From positions 7,757-46,837 of the forward strand of contig CAYNWJ010000001.1 in assembly GCA_964400815.1 (NCBI GenBank): 39,081 bases of DNA, written 5' to 3'. Position numbers and translations under genes: made by a program. The number at the start of each line of letters is the position of its first letter. Within the stretch, counting starts at the first letter, position 1. This document shows, one piece after another, positions 1-9,284 of the stretch. The notes beneath the pieces are model-generated. The model saw only the letters and a list, made by a program, of their open reading frames with translations. It searched no databases and was not told where the DNA came from. The DNA is from an uncultured bacterium (GTDB lineage: Bacteria; Latescibacterota; Latescibacteria; Latescibacterales; Latescibacteraceae).

Positions 1-99
1 GAAGTGACTCAAAAAACAGGCAATGATGTGTTGTGCCGCAACGACAATCTGCTCCGCCCCTCACCGGGCGGGGCAGTAACTATACCGGAGAGATCATGA
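1..99 (+). CDS. 3' end of an upstream ORF (partial, unknown function)
   Basis: Frame 1 is open from base 1 to TGA at 97-99, overlapping the next start codon (ATGA, 96-99). Confidence 0.4.
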   Translation, partial: EVTQKTGNDVLCRNDNLLRPSPGGAVTIPERS

Positions 100-776
100 A
101 AATACTGGCGATCGGCGCCCACCCCGACGACATAGAAATCGGCTGTGGCGGCTTCCTCGTAGAGCAGAAAGAACGTGGAGCCGATCTGTCGCTCTACGTC
201 GCCACCTATGGGGAGTATGGCGGGAACAAGGCAGTGCGGAGAGCAGAGCAGGTGAATTCTGCAATCATCATCGGCTCAGGAACCAACCTCGTGTTCGGCG
301 ACATCCCGTCTGAAAAGCTGGAGATCAGCCGGGACGTCATCTGGCTCCTCGAATCTCACATTGAGAAAGTCGATCCCGACGTAATCCTGACGCATGATCC
401 CGAAGACAATCATCAGGACCACCGGAACCTGACTGCTGTCGTCATGGTTGCGTCTCGCCACCGTCGGAACATCCTGTACTACGAGGGCTTCAGCACGACC
501 GCCTTCAGCCCAAGCATTTTCTACGAGCTGTTCCCCGACACTCTCGAAAAAAAGATTAATGTCCTCAGTTCGTTCAGATCACAGGTCAACAAGGTCGTCC
601 GGGGAGCCAACATGTCTGTCGAGGAAGCTGTCCGGGCCAACGCTGTCGTCCGTGGGATACAGGCCAGATCGCGGTATGCAGAAGCCTTCAGACCGGCACG
701 AATGATGGCGAGCGAACTCGCGTTTTACCTTCCCGGAAAAACTGAAGAAGAAGCTCACCTTCTGCAAGGCAGATGA
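96..776 (+). CDS. PIG-L/LmbE family N-acetyl-sugar deacetylase
   Basis: MKILAIGAHPDDIEIGCGG (HPDD motif), R.AEQ, DVILTH...D.HQDH, C-terminal YAEAF; GGAG RBS before ATG 96. Confidence 0.9.
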   Translation: MKILAIGAHPDDIEIGCGGFLVEQKERGADLSLYVATYGEYGGNKAVRRAEQVNSAIIIGSGTNLVFGDIPSEKLEISRDVIWLLESHIEKVDPDVILTHDPEDNHQDHRNLTAVVMVASRHRRNILYYEGFSTTAFSPSIFYELFPDTLEKKINVLSSFRSQVNKVVRGANMSVEEAVRANAVVRGIQARSRYAEAFRPARMMASELAFYLPGKTEEEAHLLQGR

Positions 777-1225
777 ATATGGCGGCGCCGAAACCAACAA
801 AAGCCGAGAAAGAACAGCGGGTAGCGGAAATCTACGAGCTTCTGCTCAAGCATGTCACACGCGCCCAAATAGTTCGATACTGTGCGAAAAGATGGGGGGT
901 TGGCGACCGGACAGCTGACAACTACATGGCCGCCGCCCGGGAGATGCTGTACGAGGAGACCTTGGAGGACGCCGAACGGAGCCGCCGCCGTATTCTCCGG
1001 GAGCTTGATTATCTCTACAGTGAGTCGCTCCGAAAGAACCGTGTCGATACCTGTCTGAACATCAAGCGTGAGCAGGCCCGTCTGCTCGGCCTCGACATCA
1101 CCAAGATCGACCTGACCGGAACCATGAAGAACGAGAACCACAACTACGACCACCTGACCGATGAGGAAGTCGAACGTGAAATCCAGCGTCTGCTCGCCAT
1201 CCGCTCCGGCGGAACCGGCGAATGA
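773..1225 (+). CDS. terS: Terminase small subunit (putative)
   Basis: 150-aa helical, HTH-like N-terminus; directly precedes TerL; C-terminal 'DHLTDEEVEREIQRL' is typical of TerS tails. Confidence 0.7.
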   Translation: MNMAAPKPTKAEKEQRVAEIYELLLKHVTRAQIVRYCAKRWGVGDRTADNYMAAAREMLYEETLEDAERSRRRILRELDYLYSESLRKNRVDTCLNIKREQARLLGLDITKIDLTGTMKNENHNYDHLTDEEVEREIQRLLAIRSGGTGE

Positions 1226-2672
1226 CATTCGGCACGATCTGGCCCTGCTCAGGGAGGAGCGCATCAGGCTCTCCCGCGCCACGTTTTGGGAGTTCTGCAA
1301 GACGCTCCACGGCGACTTCTATGCCGATGACCGTCCGCACCTGAAGCTCCTGTGTGACACCCTCCAGGGCCTGAATGAAGGCACGCTGCTCAAGCCCGAC
1401 GGCTCCCCGTACAAGAAGCTCATCATCAATATGCCGCCCCGCCACGGTAAGACCCGGACGCTGGTGCTCTTTTCCATGTGGGTGTTCGGGAAGAAGAAAA
1501 GAACCCGCATCATCGCCACGTCGTACAATGACGATCTCGCCCAGGACTTCTCCCGGTACACCCGTGACGGCATCAGCGAGGAGAAGCTTTTTCCGCACGA
1601 GATCGTCTATGCCGACATCTTTCCCGAGACCCGCGTTTCCCAGGGCAACGCCTCGTTCCAGAAATGGGCTCTCGAAGGTGAGTTCTTCAGTTACAAAGGC
1701 GCCGGCATCGGCGGCTCGATCACCGGCAAGGGCGGCGACATCACGATCATCGACGACCCGGTCAAAAGCGTGGAGGAGGCGTACAGCGACACGGCCCTCC
1801 AGAGGGTATGGGACTGGTACACCGGCACGTTCCTCTCCCGGAAAGAAGAAGGCGGTCTCGAGATCATCAATATGACCCGGTGGGCGAAGAAGGACCTTTG
1901 CGGACTCGTCCTGAAAAAGGACGGGGACGATAAGTGGTTCATCCTGAAGATGGAAGTCAAGGACCGCGTGACCGGCGAGATGCTCTGCCCCCCGCTCATG
2001 AGCAGCGAGAGCTACGAAGACAAGCGGAGTCTCATGGACCCGGCGATCTTCCTGGCGAACTACCATCAGGAGCCGGTGGACATCGAGGGCACGCTGTACA
2101 AGGAGCTGAAAACCTACACCGAGAAACCCGAGTTCGAGTACATCGACGCCTACATCGATGTGGCCGACAAGGGCACCGACTGGTTCTGCGGCCTCGTCTA
2201 TGGCGTCTTCCGGGGTGAAGCGTGGATTCTCGATGTCCTCTACACGAAGGCGGGCATGGAAGTCACCGAGCCCGCGACAGCGGACATGCTGTTCCACAAC
2301 AACGTCCGGGACTGCGTGAACGAATCGAACAACGGCGGCCGGTCATTCTCCCGGGCCGTCGAGCGCATCCTGTGGGAGAGGCACCAGACCCGGCGCGTCA
2401 CGTTCCACCCGTTTCATCAGTCGAGAAACAAGCTCTCCCGTATCCTCTCGCAGTCAACGTTCGTCATGGGTCACATCTACTTTCCGCACAACTGGAAGGA
2501 CCGCTGGCCCGACTTTCACGAGGCCGTCACCACGTTCCAGCGCGAGGGGAAGAACGAGAACGACGACGCCCCGGACGCCCTGACCGGCGTTGCGGAGCGG
2601 GTGAACAACTTCAAGCTCCCCGAAGACGAAAAGAAGAAGACCACCAGCAAGGCGGCCCTCGGGCTGCGGTAA
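1161..2672 (+). CDS. terL: Terminase large subunit
   Basis: Walker A INMPPRHGKT, GGSITGKGGD-IIDDP Walker B, MTRW coupling motif, YHQEP, nuclease D-ADKG.D and NDDAPDALT. Confidence 0.95.
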   Translation: MRKSNVKSSVCSPSAPAEPANDIRHDLALLREERIRLSRATFWEFCKTLHGDFYADDRPHLKLLCDTLQGLNEGTLLKPDGSPYKKLIINMPPRHGKTRTLVLFSMWVFGKKKRTRIIATSYNDDLAQDFSRYTRDGISEEKLFPHEIVYADIFPETRVSQGNASFQKWALEGEFFSYKGAGIGGSITGKGGDITIIDDPVKSVEEAYSDTALQRVWDWYTGTFLSRKEEGGLEIINMTRWAKKDLCGLVLKKDGDDKWFILKMEVKDRVTGEMLCPPLMSSESYEDKRSLMDPAIFLANYHQEPVDIEGTLYKELKTYTEKPEFEYIDAYIDVADKGTDWFCGLVYGVFRGEAWILDVLYTKAGMEVTEPATADMLFHNNVRDCVNESNNGGRSFSRAVERILWERHQTRRVTFHPFHQSRNKLSRILSQSTFVMGHIYFPHNWKDRWPDFHEAVTTFQREGKNENDDAPDALTGVAERVNNFKLPEDEKKKTTSKAALGLR

Positions 2673-2687
2673 AAGGAGACCTGCATC

Positions 2688-4133
2688 ATGAACATCGGCG
2701 ACATCATGACCCTCGATGTGAAGAAGCGCATCGACCTGCTCACGAAGGACATCAGCCCCCATGAGCGGGAAACCCATTACCAGAAGTGGCAGGACGAGTA
2801 CGACGGGAAACACGAAATCCTCCGCAAGAAGGACAAGGACATCGGTGATCCAGCGACCGGCTCCGTCCAGACCGTCAAGACGGCCAAGGAAGTTGTCACC
2901 CTCCAAAAAAAGATCGTCCGCACGGCCGTATGGTTCCTGCTCGGCGAACCCGCTACCCTGATCCTGAACAACGAGGGAGACAAGTACGACAAGGCATTCT
3001 CCCTCATCACGGAAACATGGAAGCGGAACCGCCTCGACGATTTCAACAAGGCGCTCATGCGCCGTGTGAGCATCGAGACTGCCGCGGCCGAGCTGTGGCA
3101 TATAACCGGCGACAGGGTGGACACCGGGAAGAAGACCCCCGAAGGCAATCCCGTCTACCGGCTCGAGAACAAGCGGCTCCGGGTGATCCTGCTTTCCCGC
3201 CAGGATGGGTACTACATCTACCCGCACTTCGACGAGTATGGCGATCTCGACGCCTACACCGTCAAGTACGATGTCGAGCGTCTCGAGAACGACCAGCCGA
3301 AGAAGTACCCGCACGTGGACATCTACACCGCCGAAACGATCTACCATTACGTGAAAACCGGCACCGAATGGACGGAGACCACGGAGCCGAACCTGTTCGG
3401 CAAGATTCCGGTGATCCACTATGAGCAGGAGGCCCCTGAATGGGCCGACGTGCAGCATCTCATCGACCGCCTCGAGAACAAGATGTCGAGCCACGCTGAC
3501 ACGAACGATTACTTCGACAGCCCTGTGCTGAAGGTGAAGGGCAAGGTAGCGTCTCTCCCGGACAAGACCGAAGACGGAAAGGTGATCGTCCTCGAGGGCG
3601 AGCCCGGCGTTGACGGCAGGCTCGAATACGGCGACGCCGATTACATCACATGGAGCCAGTCCCCGGAGAGCATGAAGCTCGAATATGAGATGCTGAAGTA
3701 TTTCATCCTGTACCTGACGGACACGCCCGACATCGGCTTCGACAACATGAAAACTCTCGGGGCCCTGTCCGGGGCGGCCATCCGCCTGATGTTCCTTGCC
3801 GCCGAAGGGAAGGCCCGCTACAAGCAGGAGATTTTCGGCACCGGTTTCGCCCGCCGGATCAATCTTCTGAAGGCGATGCTTTCGACGGCATTCGTCGGCG
3901 AGGCGGCCAATCTCGATGAGCTCGACATCGAGGTGGCGTTCAACAGCGCACTGCCGGAGAATGTGGGCGAAATCCTCGAGAACCTGTCAATCGCCACGGG
4001 AGCCAAGCCCACGATCTCCCGGGAGACCGCCGTCCGCCAGAACCCTCTCGTGGACGACCCCGGAGAGGAGCTCACACGGATCGAGAAGGAAGAACAGCAG
4101 ACGATAGCCGCGGCGCAGTCGTTCGAACTCTGA
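2688..4133 (+). CDS. Portal protein (SPP1 gp6-like)
   Basis: 481 aa right after TerL; 'NLFGKIPVIHY', 'DYFDSPVL', 'LSGAAIRLMF', 'ISRETAV..NPLVDDP.EEL.RI' SPP1-type portal motifs. Confidence 0.9.
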   Translation: MNIGDIMTLDVKKRIDLLTKDISPHERETHYQKWQDEYDGKHEILRKKDKDIGDPATGSVQTVKTAKEVVTLQKKIVRTAVWFLLGEPATLILNNEGDKYDKAFSLITETWKRNRLDDFNKALMRRVSIETAAAELWHITGDRVDTGKKTPEGNPVYRLENKRLRVILLSRQDGYYIYPHFDEYGDLDAYTVKYDVERLENDQPKKYPHVDIYTAETIYHYVKTGTEWTETTEPNLFGKIPVIHYEQEAPEWADVQHLIDRLENKMSSHADTNDYFDSPVLKVKGKVASLPDKTEDGKVIVLEGEPGVDGRLEYGDADYITWSQSPESMKLEYEMLKYFILYLTDTPDIGFDNMKTLGALSGAAIRLMFLAAEGKARYKQEIFGTGFARRINLLKAMLSTAFVGEAANLDELDIEVAFNSALPENVGEILENLSIATGAKPTISRETAVRQNPLVDDPGEELTRIEKEEQQTIAAAQSFEL

Positions 4134-4145
4134 GAAGGAGACCAC

Positions 4146-4541
4146 ATGAACAAGAAGCAGCGTAAGGAAGCCAAGAAGACCGTCGAGCGGTTCTTCACCG
4201 CATGGAGGTACTGTGATTGGGCGGAGATGGAGCGGTTATCCCAATGGGCATGGCGCTTCGCCAATGCCACGGAGTCTCTGGAGATGATCTATGACCTGTT
4301 CTCCTTCATGGTTCTGAGGCGTTTCAAGATCATATCCAGCGAAGTGAAGGGCGAGGCTATGATCGATGTTATCGCCATGGTTGAATACCAATACGAAGAC
4401 AGTGACGAGATTCGTAAACGCACCATCGCAGCCCGAGTGATATGCGAAGCCGCTCCGTATAAGCCGTCTCTCGACGGTGTATGGGGCGTGAACCCGATCA
4501 GCGTCATGAGGACGAAGCGCCGTGAACCTGTCAGGACTTGA
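4146..4541 (+). CDS. Hypothetical phage protein
   Basis: AAGGAG RBS, in operon between portal and minor head gene. Confidence 0.7.
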   Translation: MNKKQRKEAKKTVERFFTAWRYCDWAEMERLSQWAWRFANATESLEMIYDLFSFMVLRRFKIISSEVKGEAMIDVIAMVEYQYEDSDEIRKRTIAARVICEAAPYKPSLDGVWGVNPISVMRTKRREPVRT

Positions 4542-5643
4542 AAAAGAATTCGAGCAGGAGCATTTGAAGCGCATCTCCCGGCTCGTCGGTGGCGTGAATA
4601 TCAATCTGCACTCCGGTGATCCCAGAAGCGGCGCCGTCAACCGCATTCTGCTCAGGGGCGCGGAAACCCTGTCGAAGGACATCAAGAAGTTCCGGCTGAA
4701 GGAGCCACGATCCATTCACAAAGGCGCCTTCTACCGGGCGAACGCGGCCATCGAGAAACAGATCGCCCGCACGCTCCGCACGATGAGCACCGATCTCGAA
4801 ACCACCGTCCGCGACGCGATCGTCAGCGCGTGGGACCTCAACAACGAGAAGTGGGACGATGTCGTCGATCGGATGGCGAAGGGCGTGAAAGTCCCCACGG
4901 CAGTCATGGCGTCCATGCGCCAGCTCAATTACGCAGCGATGGGCGCCTTCATTGACCGGAAGATGGCGGGCATCGACCTGAGCGATCGCGTCTGGAACCT
5001 CGTCGGCCCGAACAAGGAGCTGATCGAGCAGTATCTCGGTTCCGGGATCGCCATGGGACGCTCGGCGCAGAAGATCAGCCTGGATATCCGGGAGATGCTC
5101 CGGGAGCCGCACCGCCTGTTCCGGCGCGTCCGGGACAAGACCGGCAAGCTCCGCCTCTCTGCCGCGGCGAAGGCGTATCACCCCGGATCCGGAGCCTACC
5201 GGAGCTCGTTCAAGAACGCCATGCGGCTTGCAGTCACGGAGACCAACATGGCGTACCGGATGAGTGACTGCACCCGGCGCCAGCAGCTTCCGTTCGTGCT
5301 CGGCATCCGGGTGAACCTGTCGAAGTCTCATCCCCGGTGGGACATCTGCGATTCGATGGCCGGCGACTACCCGCCCGCATTCGTCTTCAGCGGATGGCAT
5401 CCGTGGTGCCTTTGTTACACGACCTCGATCCTCATGGACAAGGACGAGTTCGTTCGGTACGCGAGAACCGGCAAGATCGATGGGCGGCGGTACATCCGGT
5501 CCGCTCCCCGGAAAAGCCAGGAGTACCTGGCATCCAATCTTCCGAAACTCAGAAACATGGAGAACAGGCCGTTCTGGTTCGATGACAACTTCACCATGGA
5601 AGGAACACTTCGAAAAGCAGTTGCCAAACGAGAAAGAGGTTGA
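4522..5643 (+). CDS. Minor head/head morphogenesis protein (SPP1 gp7/Mu F-like)
   Basis: LSDRVW, 'NAMRLAVTETNMAYR', 'DICDSMAGDYP..F.FSGWHPWCLC' Cys/His motif; position after portal. Confidence 0.8.
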   Translation: MNLSGLEKEFEQEHLKRISRLVGGVNINLHSGDPRSGAVNRILLRGAETLSKDIKKFRLKEPRSIHKGAFYRANAAIEKQIARTLRTMSTDLETTVRDAIVSAWDLNNEKWDDVVDRMAKGVKVPTAVMASMRQLNYAAMGAFIDRKMAGIDLSDRVWNLVGPNKELIEQYLGSGIAMGRSAQKISLDIREMLREPHRLFRRVRDKTGKLRLSAAAKAYHPGSGAYRSSFKNAMRLAVTETNMAYRMSDCTRRQQLPFVLGIRVNLSKSHPRWDICDSMAGDYPPAFVFSGWHPWCLCYTTSILMDKDEFVRYARTGKIDGRRYIRSAPRKSQEYLASNLPKLRNMENRPFWFDDNFTMEGTLRKAVAKRERG

Positions 5644-5647
5644 AAAT

Positions 5648-6616
5648 ATGAAGAAAACCCTCTCCATCATCTGCGCCCCCGGCCTCGACAACTTCCTCGC
5701 CTGGGCTCCGCGCCTCAAGGGCGAGTACGAAGTCAGCATCCATGCCGACGGCACGGCCCCGCACACTGTGGCGAACAGCGATATTATATGGCTCGAATGG
5801 GCGAACGAGACGGCGGTGCAGCTCACACGCATGATGGCCCAGGGCGTCCACCCGTTCGACATGACGGAACAGGAGGCGCGCCCGAAGGTCGTCGTCCGCC
5901 TGCACTCGTATGAGGCGTTCACGAACATGCCGGGCATGATAGACTGGTCTGTCGTCGATCACCTCGCCTATGTCGCCGACCATGTCCGGGAGATCGCCGA
6001 GGAGTACAACCCCTTTCTGGCGAACACAGGGTGCCGGTGCACCATCATCCCGAACGGTGTCGAGCTCGACAGTATAGAGCATCTCGATCCCGGCCCCGGC
6101 TTTGATATAGCCGTCGTCGGTTCTATCAATCACAAGAAGAACCCGGCGATGGCACTCCAGGTCATTCAGGAGCTGATCGAGGAATATGACAGCCGGTTCA
6201 GGCTCCATTGGGCGGGCGCATTCCAGGACCCCCGGTACGAGGTCTACCTGAGTCACATGGTGGAGCTGATGGAGCTCGAAGACCATGTGAAGTTCTACGG
6301 CCACGTCGATGACATGGACTCGTTCTGGCGGGGCAAGAACTATCTGCTTCACACGTCCGTCCACGAGGGCCACAGCTACGCGATCATGGAGGCGATGGCT
6401 CGGGGCATCCAGCCCGTGATCCACAACTATTACGGCGCCGACAGGCAGTACCGGGAAGAATGGCTGTTTGATAGTGCGAGATTCGCAGCCGAAAAGATTG
6501 CATTCGGCGAGAACTGCCACCGAAGGTTCCCATCACGGCCGTGGGTGGAGGAGAAGGGCTGGACGCTCGACGATCAAGTGGCGAACATCAGGAAACTGCT
6601 CGGAGGTCTGCAATGA
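5648..6616 (+). CDS. GT4 (GT-B fold) glycosyltransferase
   Basis: RLHSYE, IIPNGV, VGSINHKKNP, TSVHEGHSYAIMEAMARG (E-X7-E); GAGG RBS before ATG 5648. Confidence 0.9.
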   Translation: MKKTLSIICAPGLDNFLAWAPRLKGEYEVSIHADGTAPHTVANSDIIWLEWANETAVQLTRMMAQGVHPFDMTEQEARPKVVVRLHSYEAFTNMPGMIDWSVVDHLAYVADHVREIAEEYNPFLANTGCRCTIIPNGVELDSIEHLDPGPGFDIAVVGSINHKKNPAMALQVIQELIEEYDSRFRLHWAGAFQDPRYEVYLSHMVELMELEDHVKFYGHVDDMDSFWRGKNYLLHTSVHEGHSYAIMEAMARGIQPVIHNYYGADRQYREEWLFDSARFAAEKIAFGENCHRRFPSRPWVEEKGWTLDDQVANIRKLLGGLQ

Positions 6617-6852
6617 GACTGCTCAGGATCGTGTGGCTGTATGCTCTCGTTCTCTGGAGGTGGTTCTGCGCCCCGTTCGTCCTGCTCTACAAGCTCTATG
6701 TCACCGTCCGGCTGGCGATAGGGAAGTACGTGCTTTCATCACTCGACGACTGGATGTCCGATGCCGGATGGAAGCGGCATGAGCGCCGGCAGTTCTGGAG
6801 GGAGTTCGTGAAGACCCAATCCGCCCGCAACGAAGTGTTCAGGAGGCTCTGA
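6613..6852 (+). CDS. Small hydrophobic/membrane-anchored protein
   Basis: MRLLRIVWLYALVLWRWFCAPFVLLY hydrophobic N-terminus; overlaps both neighbours (ATGA / TGATG); GGAGG RBS. Confidence 0.6.
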   Translation: MRLLRIVWLYALVLWRWFCAPFVLLYKLYVTVRLAIGKYVLSSLDDWMSDAGWKRHERRQFWREFVKTQSARNEVFRRL

Positions 6853-7523
6853 TGGACAATGAAAAGATCGCCGCATTCTATGACTCGTTCCTCGAAAGGA
6901 TGAAGTACGACCACGAGCACGCGAACCGGCGGCATTTCGCCATATTCAATCATCTTGGCAAACGGCTGAAGGGACGCATCGGCCTGACAGTGCTGGACAT
7001 CGGCTGCGGCACCGGACTTTCATCATCGTTCATGGCCGACAACTTCAATACGCGCATCACCGCGGTCGATCTCTCCCCCGCCCTGATCGAGTTCGCCCGC
7101 GAGCACTCCGCCCATGAGAATGTCGAATATATCTGCGCCGACGCAGCCTCTCTCGATCTCGGGATGAAATACGACATCGTCGTCATGGCGGACTGTTTCG
7201 AACACTTCCCCCGGGATAGAATCTTCGATCTCAGAGCCGTCATTCAGGCGCACACGCACGATATGAGCGAGCTCTATATCAACATACCCTACGGCCCGTT
7301 TTCCGAGTTCATACGCCGCCACAGCCCTTCATCGATGCAGATCATCGACGAGGTGTATGATCCGGACTTCATCATTCGCTTCTTCATGGACATCGGACTC
7401 GTTCCGTCCGAGATCGAAGTCTACGGCATCGACACCTCCCAACCTCAGTACATGGCGGCATGGTTCGTCAACCGCCAGTATTTTACCCGAGAGGCAAAGA
7501 CCGCCCTCGGCCTGAAGGATTGA
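6852..7523 (+). CDS. Class I SAM-dependent methyltransferase
   Basis: VLDIGCGTG motif I, TAVDLSP, YDIVVMADCFEHF; AGGAGG RBS; no DPPY/PC DNA-MTase motif. Confidence 0.9.
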   Translation: MDNEKIAAFYDSFLERMKYDHEHANRRHFAIFNHLGKRLKGRIGLTVLDIGCGTGLSSSFMADNFNTRITAVDLSPALIEFAREHSAHENVEYICADAASLDLGMKYDIVVMADCFEHFPRDRIFDLRAVIQAHTHDMSELYINIPYGPFSEFIRRHSPSSMQIIDEVYDPDFIIRFFMDIGLVPSEIEVYGIDTSQPQYMAAWFVNRQYFTREAKTALGLKD

Positions 7524-7528
7524 AACGA

Positions 7529-7744
7529 ATGCAGAAAAAGTCCTTGACAGTGTCACGCAAGACGGGCATGATGACCGGTGTGAACGATACGGTGTCAGTC
7601 TATGATCTCGTGCGGGCAGTGAAAAACACGGCCGCCGACAAGTCCGTCATGACGAGTGACGGACGCACCTACTACGGCAAGGTGACATTGTGTATTCATG
7701 ATGGAGCCGTCACGCATGTGGAGAAGTATGAAACGATAAAGTGA
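7529..7744 (+). CDS. Small DUF2292 (YezD-like) protein
   Basis: C-terminal YGKVTLCIHDGAVTHVEKYETIK matches the DUF2292 pattern (YG.V.I.IHDG.V..IE..E..K); start uncertain (7529 or 7568). Confidence 0.6.
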   Translation: MQKKSLTVSRKTGMMTGVNDTVSVYDLVRAVKNTAADKSVMTSDGRTYYGKVTLCIHDGAVTHVEKYETIK

Positions 7745-7850
7745 GAACCCCTTGAGAGCGCGGGCCGCCCACGGTGGCAACATCCTCCCGTGATGTCCAC
7801 CGGAAGACGGCGGCCCGCATAGATTCATACAGAGCAGTACCCGAACAACG

Positions 7851-7892
7851 GGGCTGAGTGCTCAGGAACCATGAGCATTCGCCCTCTTTTTT
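7851..7892 (+). terminator. Intrinsic terminator upstream of scaffold gene
   Basis: GGGC-T-GAGTGCTCA / TGAGCATTC-GCCC stem, 7-nt loop, followed by TCTTTTTT. Confidence 0.7.
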
Positions 7893-7917
7893 GTGCCCAA
7901 ACAAGGAGATCAGCTCA

Positions 7918-8649
7918 ATGGCTTGGAAGACGGATGAGGAACGGACAGAGTACATCAGGAACGCCTTGAAGGAGGCGGGCTTGAGTCTGGAGCTCGTGTC
8001 GAAGATCACCGGCCAGGATGAACTGGCGGTCACGAAAGAGGTCATGAAGCTCGTGATCTCCGACGTTGATCGCCGGGTGAACAAGGCGGTGGAGACCACC
8101 ACCGAGAAGCTGAAGAAAGAAACCGGAAAGACGGATGAAGGCGGCGCTGCTCAGGCTGCTCAGACGGCTTCCGGCACACAGGCGACACAGGGGGCACCGG
8201 CAGATTCATCGCAACCTGAATTCGCCAAGATCATCGCCGACACCGTCGGCAACGCGCTCAAGCCGATTACCGATCGAATCGACGCCATCGAGAGGGAGAA
8301 GGCGGGGGCAAACAGGAGCTCGAAGATTCGGGACGCCCTGAAGGAGGCCGGACTGAGCGAGAGCTACGAGAAGTACATCACCGTCGATGACGAGGCCAAG
8401 ATCACGGACGCTGTCGAGGCATTCAAGGGTGACCTCCAGGCGGACAGACAGGCGGCCATCGACGAGGCGCTGGCGAAATCAGGCGTGCCGGCCCGGGGGA
8501 ACAACACGACCACGGTGTCGGAGGACAGCGCGAAAGACTTCGCCCAGCTCCGCAACAAGAAGCAGGTGAGCGGCGACGGAGATTTCCCGACCGTCGATGT
8601 GTTCGCCTACAAGGAAGCACCATCGCAAACAGGAGCAAGTAAGATATGA
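7918..8649 (+). CDS. Capsid scaffold protein (putative)
   Basis: Charged, helical, low-complexity Ala/Gln/Thr linker; lies before decoration and capsid genes; AAGGAG RBS. Confidence 0.7.
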   Translation: MAWKTDEERTEYIRNALKEAGLSLELVSKITGQDELAVTKEVMKLVISDVDRRVNKAVETTTEKLKKETGKTDEGGAAQAAQTASGTQATQGAPADSSQPEFAKIIADTVGNALKPITDRIDAIEREKAGANRSSKIRDALKEAGLSESYEKYITVDDEAKITDAVEAFKGDLQADRQAAIDEALAKSGVPARGNNTTTVSEDSAKDFAQLRNKKQVSGDGDFPTVDVFAYKEAPSQTGASKI

Positions 8650-9266
8650 GCCTCGAAATAAAGAAGGAGACCGGCACCCAGTACCATCCGGTGTTTCTGT
8701 CGATCCTCGAGGACATCCCCGGCGGTGGTACGCTGAAGACGGATCGCATCCCCTCCACGACAAAGATCATCAAGGCCGGTGCTCTGGTGAACGCCGATTC
8801 GACCACGGCCGGCCTGTTCAATCTCGTGAAGACAGCGAAGCTGAAGCGTACCCTCGGAACCGCCGCCTGTGTGACGATCTACGTCTACACGACCCACGAG
8901 TTCAAGGTGGGCGAGTATGTCGGCATCCAGGGACGGGGATCGGCCGCGACGATTGCAGCCATCACCCGGGCGACCGGCACGGACACCATCGTCTTCACTG
9001 CTGGCGGCGGAGGTCTGAATGCCACCGCCATCACCAGTACCGTCCTCGAGGAGTGCTCGGCGGCCGCCGTGACCGGCGCAGCCGTTAAGTACGCGGCAAC
9101 CGGCATCCTCAGAAACACCGCTCGTGTGCGGAACGACGATCTGAGCACCAAGGAGAACGTCGATGCCGCCGTTGTCGTCCGCGGCACGGTCAAGGAGAGC
9201 ATTCTCCCCTACTCCGTCACCACCGCAGACAAAACCGCCCTGACCGACCGGATCAGGTTCGCATAA
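8646..9266 (+). CDS. Head decoration/cement protein, Thr-rich
   Basis: Directly upstream of MCP; 'EDIPGGGTL', 'AAVVVRGTVKESILPY' ends typical of decoration proteins; about 32 Thr in 206 aa. Confidence 0.65.
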   Translation: MSLEIKKETGTQYHPVFLSILEDIPGGGTLKTDRIPSTTKIIKAGALVNADSTTAGLFNLVKTAKLKRTLGTAACVTIYVYTTHEFKVGEYVGIQGRGSAATIAAITRATGTDTIVFTAGGGGLNATAITSTVLEECSAAAVTGAAVKYAATGILRNTARVRNDDLSTKENVDAAVVVRGTVKESILPYSVTTADKTALTDRIRFA

Positions 9267-9284
9267 GAAAGGAGGTGAAGAACT

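Noticed and set aside
1161-1225. 65-bp TerS/TerL overlap as a possible frameshift fusion
   Set aside because: Such overlaps are common; ATG 1161 or GTG 1176 can start TerL; no convincing slippery site
1098-2297. Long antisense ORFs (also 2454-3494, 4531-5937, 8607-10106, 13019-14365, 14277-15983, 33917-35500, 36416-38116)
   Set aside because: Shadow ORFs opposite well-supported genes, expected from high GC3 codon bias; no motifs or RBS
6852-7523. DNA methyltransferase / restriction-modification
   Set aside because: Lacks DPPY/NPPY or PC catalytic motifs; looks like a small-molecule/sugar methyltransferase
5648-7523. gtrABC-type serotype conversion cassette
   Set aside because: No GtrA flippase, no bactoprenol GT with TM helices, no polytopic GtrC; no separate promoter or reverse orientation
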